Source: Oxalobacteraceae bacterium (GTDB lineage: Bacteria; Pseudomonadota; Gammaproteobacteria; Burkholderiales; Burkholderiaceae_D). From it: a DNA stretch of 64,000 nucleotides. Within the stretch, counting starts at the first letter, position 1, and the number at the start of each line of letters is the position of its first letter. Below the pieces are notes generated by a model that saw only the letters and a list, made by a program, of their open reading frames with translations, was not told the DNA's origin and ran no database searches. Made by a program: the position numbers and the translations under genes. The stretch spans positions 20,319 through 84,318 of the forward strand of contig CANCDR010000010.1 of assembly GCA_947374865.1 (NCBI GenBank), in the 5' to 3' direction. This document shows positions 57,636-64,000 of the stretch, piece by piece.

Positions 57636-60600
57636 ATGAAACGCATGCTATTTAACGCAACGCAGCAAGAAGAACTGCGCGTTGCCATCGTCGATGGGCA
57701 AAAACTCATCGATATCGATATTGAAACCACCGGACGCGAGCAACGTAAGTCCAACATCTATCAAGGTGTCATCACCCGCATTGAACCCTCCCTGGAAGCC
57801 TGCTTCGTTAATTATGGCGAAGAGCGGCATGGCTTTTTACCCTTCAAGGAAGTCGCCCGGACTTACTTCAAAGAAGGCGTCGATGTCCGTACCGCCTCGA
57901 TCAAGGAAGCCCTGCGCGAAGGCCAGGAAATCATGGTCCAGGTCGAAAAAGAAGAGCGCGGCAATAAGGGCGCAGCCCTCACCTCCTTTGTTTCGCTGGC
58001 CGGCCGTTACCTGGTTCTGATGCCGAATAATCCACGTGGCGGCGGTGTATCGCGTCGGGTGGAAGGCGAAGATCGCCAGGAATTACGTGAAACCATGGAC
58101 AAGCTCGACCTGCCAGGCGGCATGTCAGTGATTGCCCGTACCGCCGGCATCGGCCGCAATGTCGATGAATTGCAGTGGGACTTAAACTACCTGATGCAAC
58201 TCTGGCGTGCCATCGAAGGCGCCGGCAAATCGGCCTCGGGCGCTTTCCTGATTTATCAGGAATCCTCCCTGGTGATTCGCGCGATTCGCGACTACTTCCA
58301 GCCCGATATCGGCGAAATCCTCATCGATACCGACGACATCTACGAACAAGCGCAACAGTTCATGAGCCACGTGATGCCCGACATGGTGCACCGTGTAAAA
58401 CGCTATCGGGATGACGTGCCGCTGTTCTCGCGCTTCCAGATCGAGCATCAGATCGAAACCGCCTACTCACGTACCGTGCCCCTGCCATCCGGCGGCGCGA
58501 TCGTCATCGATCATACCGAAGCCCTGGTATCGGTCGACGTCAACTCGGCGCGCGCTACCCGTGGTAGTGACATCGAGACCACCGCCTTTAATACCAATCT
58601 TGAAGCCGCCGAAGAAGTCGCCCGTCAGTTACGCCTGCGTGATCTGGGTGGTCTGATCGTGATTGACTTCATCGATATGGAGAACAGTAAAAATCAGCGT
58701 GAGGTGGAATCACGCCTGAAAGATGCGCTGCATTACGACCGCGCCCGGGTTCAGATGGGCAAGATTTCCCGCTTCGGCCTGATGGAATTGTCACGCCAGC
58801 GCCTGCGTCCTTCGCTGTCGGAAGGCAGCCATGTGACCTGCCCGCGTTGTAACGGCACCGGTCATATCCGCGATACCGAATCCTCTGCATTGCAAGTCCT
58901 GCGCATCATTCAGGAAGAGGCAATGAAAGAAAATTCCGCCGCGATTCACGTCCAGTCACCGGTCGATGTGGCCGCTTTCCTGCTCAATGAAAAGCGCGGC
59001 GAGATCCTCAAGATCGAGACGCGTCATCGGGTGAACGTGATCCTGATTCCGAACAAGCATTTGGAAACGCCGCACTATAAGCTCGACCGCCTTAAGCATG
59101 ACGATCCGCGCCTGGAAGAAATCCACGCCAGCTACGCCATGGCAGAAGAAGCCGAGACCGATATTGGCTACAACAAACGACAAAAGGATGACGTGAAACA
59201 GCGTCAGGAAGCCGTCGTCAAAGGGATTACACCGGATCAGCCAGCCCCGATCGTCGAGCGCAAATTAGCTGCGCCTGCCATCGCTGCAGGTCAGCCAGCC
59301 GGCGAAGGTTTCCTGGCACGACTGTTTGGCATGTTCCGCACCAAGCCTGCCGCCGCGACAGTGGCCGCACCAGCGGGTGAGGAAAAATCCAAGAACCAGC
59401 GCGATCGGAATGATCGCAGTGGTCGTGGTCAGCGTAGCCGAACGCGCGGCCGTGGTCGGGATAAGGACGATAGCGCAGCCGCTCCGGCACGTGATGAAGC
59501 GACGGCCAAAGTTGCGCAGGAAGCAGCGCCAGCGCGGCCACCACGTCCACCGCGGGAGCCACGCGAAGCGAAAGAACCACGTGAGCCACGCGAAGCTAAA
59601 GAGCCACGCGAAGGCGGCGAAGGTCGTCAACGTGGTGAACGCCAGCCTCGAGCTGCACGTGAAGAACGCGCACCGAAGGAAGCCGCCGCGACCGCGACCG
59701 AGAATCAATGGGAAGATCTGCTCGGCAGCTCGACTGTCAGCGCGCCTGAAGGTCAGGCGCCCGTGGCAGTCCAGGCAGCTGTTGTCGGTACGGATGTGAA
59801 TCCTGAAAATGCACCCGCCGGCGTTGAAGCAGCCGAGCAAAACGGTGATGAGCCGCGTCGTCGTCGTCGTCGTGGCGGTCGTAACCGTAATCGTCGCGAC
59901 CGTGATGGTAATGAAGTGATGGATTCGGCTGAATCGTCGGAATCTGCGGAATCTGCTGAATCGGGCGTGGCAGCGGATGCGCAAGCACCAGCCAGTTCAT
60001 TCATCGCAACAGCGTCGGCTGCTTTGCCGGTCGAGGCAGTCGCTGCGCCAGTCGTGGCAAGCCCTGTGCTTGAGGTGGCAGTCGCTGCGCCAGTCGAGGC
60101 GCCTGCAGTTCAGGTCGCTGCACCGGTGGCTCAGGAAACTGCGCCAGTGCTTGAAGTCGCAGCACCTGTAGCGCAGCTTACAGCAGCTTTGGTGCAGGAG
60201 GCCGCGCCTGCTGTTGAGGAAGCAGTCAAGCCAGTACAGCATGAAATCGCTTTCCAGGCTGAACCTGTCGCTTATGCCGCACCAGCTGTAGTCGCACCGG
60301 TAGCAGCTCCGGTAGTGGCTCCGGTAGTGGCTCCGGTAGTGGCTCCGGTAGTGACTCCTGTGGTTGAGGCGGTGGCCGAAGCTGTCGCCGCTCCTGTTGT
60401 GGTGGCTGCACCAGTTTTGGCACCAGCTCCAACTCCAGCCCCAGCAGTCATACCGGCACCACTGGCCGCCGCTGAACTCACCGATTTATTGAGCGAAGCA
60501 GGCCTGGTTCTGGCAGCGACCGATCCGGCTAAACTGGCAGCAGCGAATCAGGCAGCCCCAGCAGCGCCGGCCCCGAGTGGGCGTCAGCCACGCTCACGCA

Positions 60601-60650
60601 AGCCGCCGGTCGTTGCTGAACCACTGCAGCAGGTTGAAACACGTAATTAA
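57636..60650 (+). CDS. rne: Ribonuclease E
   Basis: The ATG at 57636 gives [24 protein letters not shown]. There is an S1 domain, a catalytic core, the Zn-link CPRCNGTG, and a low-complexity Arg/Pro/Glu/Ala-rich C-terminal half. Confidence 0.95.
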   Translation: MKRMLFNATQQEELRVAIVDGQKLIDIDIETTGREQRKSNIYQGVITRIEPSLEACFVNYGEERHGFLPFKEVARTYFKEGVDVRTASIKEALREGQEIMVQVEKEERGNKGAALTSFVSLAGRYLVLMPNNPRGGGVSRRVEGEDRQELRETMDKLDLPGGMSVIARTAGIGRNVDELQWDLNYLMQLWRAIEGAGKSASGAFLIYQESSLVIRAIRDYFQPDIGEILIDTDDIYEQAQQFMSHVMPDMVHRVKRYRDDVPLFSRFQIEHQIETAYSRTVPLPSGGAIVIDHTEALVSVDVNSARATRGSDIETTAFNTNLEAAEEVARQLRLRDLGGLIVIDFIDMENSKNQREVESRLKDALHYDRARVQMGKISRFGLMELSRQRLRPSLSEGSHVTCPRCNGTGHIRDTESSALQVLRIIQEEAMKENSAAIHVQSPVDVAAFLLNEKRGEILKIETRHRVNVILIPNKHLETPHYKLDRLKHDDPRLEEIHASYAMAEEAETDIGYNKRQKDDVKQRQEAVVKGITPDQPAPIVERKLAAPAIAAGQPAGEGFLARLFGMFRTKPAAATVAAPAGEEKSKNQRDRNDRSGRGQRSRTRGRGRDKDDSAAAPARDEATAKVAQEAAPARPPRPPREPREAKEPREPREAKEPREGGEGRQRGERQPRAAREERAPKEAAATATENQWEDLLGSSTVSAPEGQAPVAVQAAVVGTDVNPENAPAGVEAAEQNGDEPRRRRRRGGRNRNRRDRDGNEVMDSAESSESAESAESGVAADAQAPASSFIATASAALPVEAVAAPVVASPVLEVAVAAPVEAPAVQVAAPVAQETAPVLEVAAPVAQLTAALVQEAAPAVEEAVKPVQHEIAFQAEPVAYAAPAVVAPVAAPVVAPVVAPVVAPVVTPVVEAVAEAVAAPVVVAAPVLAPAPTPAPAVIPAPLAAAELTDLLSEAGLVLAATDPAKLAAANQAAPAAPAPSGRQPRSRKPPVVAEPLQQVETRN

Positions 60651-60670
60651 TTGCGCGAATTGATGCGGTC

Positions 60671-60724
60671 GTATTCAAGCGTTTGTATTTAAGCTTTTGT
60701 ATTTAAGTTTTTGTATTTAATCGA
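60671..60724 (+). repeat. Four tandem 14-bp units (GTATT(C/T)AAG(C/T)NTTT) just downstream of the rne stop
   Basis: Direct reading: GTATTCAAGCGTTT GTATTTAAGCTTTT GTATTTAAGTTTTT GTATTTAATCGACT. Confidence 0.85.
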
Positions 60725-60790
60725 CTTTATATAATCGTTTGGTTTGAAGCGTACGTATTGAAGCCATAGCAATTAAGCGCGGTATCAACA

Positions 60791-60821
60791 AAAAAAGGAG
60801 AGCCGTGCGCTCTCTTTTTTT
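60791..60821 (+). terminator. Intrinsic (bidirectional-looking) terminator after rne
   Basis: A-run, stem GGAGAGC-CGTGC-GCTCTCT, then TTTTTTT. Confidence 0.7.
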
Positions 60822-60892
60822 ATGCGAAATCCGTCCCGACTGTGCAAACTTTCTGCGCAAATCGGGCAGAAGGTTTTAAGATAGCCAACATC

Positions 60893-62212
60893 ATGACGCC
60901 ACTCTCGCCTCCCGCTCCGGTCAGCATCGCACAAGCCTTCTGGTACTGGCTAAAACTAGGCTGCATCAGTTTTGGCGGACCTGCCGGCCAGATCGCCATG
61001 ATGCACGATGAGCTGGTCGAAAAACGCCGCTGGATTTCCGATCAACGCTTTCTCCATGCGCTGAACTATTGCATGGTCTTGCCGGGGCCGGAAGCGACCC
61101 AGCTGGCGGTCTACATCGGCTGGCTGATGCACCGCAGCTGGGGTGGCGTGATGGCCGGCGTCTTGTTTGTGCTGCCCTCTCTGCTGCTATTGATCGGTCT
61201 GTCGTGGGTCTATATGGCGTATGGCGCCCTGCCGCTGATTACCGCGATTTTCTATGGCATCAAACCGGCGGTCGTGGCGATCGTGCTGGCGGCGGCGTGG
61301 CGGATTGGATCGCGTACTTGCCGTAATGTCTGGCTACTGGGTATTGCGATCGCAGCGTTTTTTTCCATTAGCCTTCTGCAGTGGCCGTTTCCCTTTATTT
61401 TGCTGAGCGCGGCTTTGTTGGGTGGACTGGGTGCACAATGGCGTCCGCAGATTTTTCAGGTCGGTGATGGACATGGCGGCAAAGTCGTCGCCCGTGGCCC
61501 GGCGTTGATTGATGACGATACCCCGACGCCCGCGCATGCGCGCTTTTCCTGGATGAAGTTACTGATCATGGCCGGCACCGGCATCGCGCTTGGAATAGCA
61601 GTTTGGATAGCTCTGGTCTGGCAGTTTGGTCTGGCCTCGCCGTTTGCACAGATGGGGCTGTTTTTTACCAAGGCTGCCCTGCTGACGTTTGGCGGCGCGT
61701 ATGCCGTGCTGCCTTACGTGTATCAGGGAGCGGTGGAACATTATCACTGGCTGCAGCCGCAACAGATGATGGATGGCTTGGCGCTGGGCGAAACCACGCC
61801 GGGGCCGCTGATCATGGTGGTGGCCTTTGTTGGCTTCCTGGGTGGCTGGGGCAAGGACAGCCTGTTACTGGCCGGCGTCATCGGCGCCTGCGTCGCGACT
61901 TTTTTCACCTTTCTGCCATCCTTTATTTTTATCCTGGCTGGCGGCCCGCTGGTGGAATCGACGCGCGATAATTTTCGTCTGACTGCCCCACTCACGGCCA
62001 TCTCGGCGGCGGTGGTCGGCGTGATCGTCAGTCTGGCGCTGTTTTTTGCGCAGGCGATTTTTCACCTCGCTCAGCCAGTGCAGTCATGGGACTGGGTCGC
62101 CATTCTCATCACCGTCGCGGCCTGTGTGGCCCTGTTTCGCTATCGGATCAATACGCTGATTTTAATCGCCGCCTGTGCAGTCACGGGCCTTATGGTATCT
62201 TCGCTGCACTAA
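60893..62212 (+). CDS. chrA: Chromate transporter ChrA (two-domain CHR family)
   Basis: The Met at 60893 gives MTPLSPPAP...WLKLGCISFGGPAGQIAMMHDELVEKRRWI. A second CHR repeat reads FFTKAALLTFGGAYAVLPYV. Confidence 0.88.
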   Translation: MTPLSPPAPVSIAQAFWYWLKLGCISFGGPAGQIAMMHDELVEKRRWISDQRFLHALNYCMVLPGPEATQLAVYIGWLMHRSWGGVMAGVLFVLPSLLLLIGLSWVYMAYGALPLITAIFYGIKPAVVAIVLAAAWRIGSRTCRNVWLLGIAIAAFFSISLLQWPFPFILLSAALLGGLGAQWRPQIFQVGDGHGGKVVARGPALIDDDTPTPAHARFSWMKLLIMAGTGIALGIAVWIALVWQFGLASPFAQMGLFFTKAALLTFGGAYAVLPYVYQGAVEHYHWLQPQQMMDGLALGETTPGPLIMVVAFVGFLGGWGKDSLLLAGVIGACVATFFTFLPSFIFILAGGPLVESTRDNFRLTAPLTAISAAVVGVIVSLALFFAQAIFHLAQPVQSWDWVAILITVAACVALFRYRINTLILIAACAVTGLMVSSLH

Positions 62213-62235
62213 GTTAATCGCCACGGTCCCTCTTT

Positions 62236-63339
62236 TTGAAAATCATTCCTGTCACCGATGTACGCCACAAGGCGGCTACGATCCCTGCGCTGGCCGAAGC
62301 GCCGACGGGTCTGCTCACGGATCAGCTGACCAGACCGCTGCGAGATTTGCGTATTTCGGTCACCGATCGCTGCAATTTTCGCTGTGTTTACTGCATGCCC
62401 AAGCAGGTCTTTGACAAGAATTACGTCTTCCTGCCGCAGACCGATCTGCTGTCATTCGAAGAAATTCTGCGCCTCGCTACCCTGTTCGTCGCCCACGGCG
62501 TTGAAAAAATTCGCTTGACTGGCGGCGAGCCGCTGTTACGCAAACATATCGAAAAACTCATTGCGCAGTTAAGCCGCCTGACGACGCCGGAAGGGCGGCC
62601 GCTCGATCTCACGCTCACGACTAACGGTGCCCTGCTGGCCAAGAAGGCCCAGTCACTCAAGGATGCCGGACTGCGGCGCGTCACCGTCTCGCTCGACTCA
62701 CTCGATGACACGACGTTTCGGCGCATGAATGATGTGGATTTTCCGGTGACCGATGTATTGCATGGCATCGATGCAGCACATGCCGTCGGACTGTCATCGA
62801 TCAAAGTCAATATGGTGGTCAAGGGCGGCGTGAATGATCAGGAAATTCTGCCCATGGCACGCCACTTCAAGGGCTCACCATTTATTTTACGCTTCATTGA
62901 ATACATGGACGTTGGTGCCTCGAATGGCTGGCAGATGGATGAGGTGATTTCCTCGGCCCAGGTGATCGAGCGCATTCACGCGCACATGCCTTTGGCCCCG
63001 ATCGAGGCTAATTATGCCGGCGAAACCGCGGCACGCTGGCGCTACCTTGATGGCGGCGGCGAAGTCGGTGTGATCTCCAGCGTAACCCAATCGTTTTGCC
63101 ATGAATGCACGCGGGCCCGCTTATCGACCGAGGGCAAACTGTTTACCTGTTTGTTCGCCACCCAGGGCCATGATCTGCGCGCCTTACTGCGCGCCGGCCA
63201 TACCGATGCGGACATCAGCGGCGCCATCAGCCATCTCTGGCGTGCACGCAGCGATCGTTACTCGGAACTTCGTAGTCAGCAAACGGCAAATCTGGAACAG
63301 CCTTTGCGGCGGGTTGAGATGTCTTACATTGGCGGATAA
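62236..63339 (+). CDS. moaA: GTP 3',8-cyclase MoaA
   Basis: Radical-SAM cluster motif [17 protein letters not shown], and C-terminal cluster [10 protein letters not shown]. The TTG start from the ORF track is uncertain. Confidence 0.92.
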   Translation: MKIIPVTDVRHKAATIPALAEAPTGLLTDQLTRPLRDLRISVTDRCNFRCVYCMPKQVFDKNYVFLPQTDLLSFEEILRLATLFVAHGVEKIRLTGGEPLLRKHIEKLIAQLSRLTTPEGRPLDLTLTTNGALLAKKAQSLKDAGLRRVTVSLDSLDDTTFRRMNDVDFPVTDVLHGIDAAHAVGLSSIKVNMVVKGGVNDQEILPMARHFKGSPFILRFIEYMDVGASNGWQMDEVISSAQVIERIHAHMPLAPIEANYAGETAARWRYLDGGGEVGVISSVTQSFCHECTRARLSTEGKLFTCLFATQGHDLRALLRAGHTDADISGAISHLWRARSDRYSELRSQQTANLEQPLRRVEMSYIGG

Positions 63340-63342
63340 CTG

Positions 63343-63381
63343 AGATGAGTCACGCAGATGAGTAACGCAGATGAGTAACAT
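63343..63381 (+). repeat. Three tandem 13-bp units AGATGAGT(C/A)AC(G/A)(C/T), each containing an ATG; the last ATG is the mobA start
   Basis: Direct reading: ATGs at 63345, 63358 and 63371 with period 13. Confidence 0.9.
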
Positions 63382-63988
63382 CACGACCCAGCCGATGCTG
63401 TCGGCTTCGGCAGTCACCGGACTGATTCTGGCCGGCGGACGCGGTGTGCGTATGGGCAGTGTCGACAAGGGACTGCAGCCTTTACACGGCAAAGCGCTGG
63501 TCCAACATGCGATCGATCGCTTACAGCCACAGGTCGGGCAAATGATGATCAATGCGAATCAAAATCTACCGCTTTATCAAGCCTTTTGTCAGCCTGTCGT
63601 GGCTGATTCCACGGCCAATTTTGCCGGCCCTTTGGCGGGTATTCAGGCGGGACTGCAGCATTGCAGCACGCCCTATCTGGTGACCGTGCCATGCGATTCA
63701 CCCTTCTTTCCGCACGATCTGGTGGCGCGACTGGCGGCCGGTCTGCTGCAGGCTGACGCCGACATTGCCTACGCGATGACCGGCACGGTCGAACATCCTG
63801 AACGCCAGCCGGTGTTTGCCCTGCTCAAAACCACCCTGTTGCCGCAGCTCAATCACTTTCTGAAAGATGATGGCCACAAGATGATGGCGTGGTTTGCAAG
63901 ATGCAAACCGGTCGGTGTGCTGTTCGCCGATGCGCAGGCATTCGATAACATCAACACGCTGGAACAATTGCACGATTTGGAGCACTGA
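63371..63988 (+). CDS. mobA: Molybdenum cofactor guanylyltransferase MobA
   Basis: GLILAGGRGVRMG, VDKGL, TVPCDSPFFP, and position after moaA. Confidence 0.88.
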   Translation: MSNITTQPMLSASAVTGLILAGGRGVRMGSVDKGLQPLHGKALVQHAIDRLQPQVGQMMINANQNLPLYQAFCQPVVADSTANFAGPLAGIQAGLQHCSTPYLVTVPCDSPFFPHDLVARLAAGLLQADADIAYAMTGTVEHPERQPVFALLKTTLLPQLNHFLKDDGHKMMAWFARCKPVGVLFADAQAFDNINTLEQLHDLEH

Positions 63989-64000
63989 ATGCCCACGCAA

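Noticed and set aside
63989-64000. An ATG immediately after the mobA stop, possibly the start of moeA.
   Set aside because: Only four codons are visible before the window ends, so it cannot be supported.
1-64000. A search by eye for CRISPR arrays, integrases, transposases, toxin-antitoxin pairs, restriction-modification genes and known defence genes.
   Set aside because: No regularly spaced repeats of 25 bp or longer and no ORF with the corresponding motifs were found. The tandem repeats present have only 2-6 short units.

Overview
This window looks like a betaproteobacterial chromosome segment, probably Burkholderiales or Oxalobacteraceae. That placement is inferred from gene order and protein motifs only. 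From about 32.5 kb to 64 kb it is conserved housekeeping: tRNA-Gly/Gly/Cys, pgsA-uvrC-acpS-pdxJ-recO-era-rnc-DUF4845-lepB-lepA, grx-like/mucD/rpoE, fabF-acpP-fabG-fabD-fabH-plsX-rpmF-yceD, maf, sppA, the divergent rluC/rne pair, chrA and moaA-mobA.

The left half is accessory and holds most of the unusual signals:
- A 28-nt element occurs 4 times. It brackets two gene cassettes and supplies identical G-V-R-S-stop ends to two unrelated genes.
- A 7.7-kb, more AT-rich segment sits next to tRNA-Pro and is bracketed by 28-bp direct repeats. It encodes a leaderless 990-aa DUF4214/repeat surface-type protein plus a sigma-54 activator, a PAS kinase and two CheY-like proteins. Two sigma-54-type promoters face the CheY-like gene and the giant gene.
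- A TPP riboswitch precedes a TonB-dependent receptor that lies next to a PnuC-family transporter and a NadR-type kinase.
- A segment of about 4.8 kb splits the conserved Gly-Cys-Leu tRNA cluster. It carries a duplicated pair of two-domain lipoprotein genes, an orphan phosphoribosyltransferase-fold gene and a leaderless S8 protease. The protease has an N-terminal VHL-beta-like region and a C-terminal DUF4214 module.
- The rpoE locus has only a stub of the anti-sigma gene and no rseB/mucB.

I found no integrase, transposase, CRISPR array or recognisable defence gene. All calls rest on reading the sequence and the ORF track; no searches were run.
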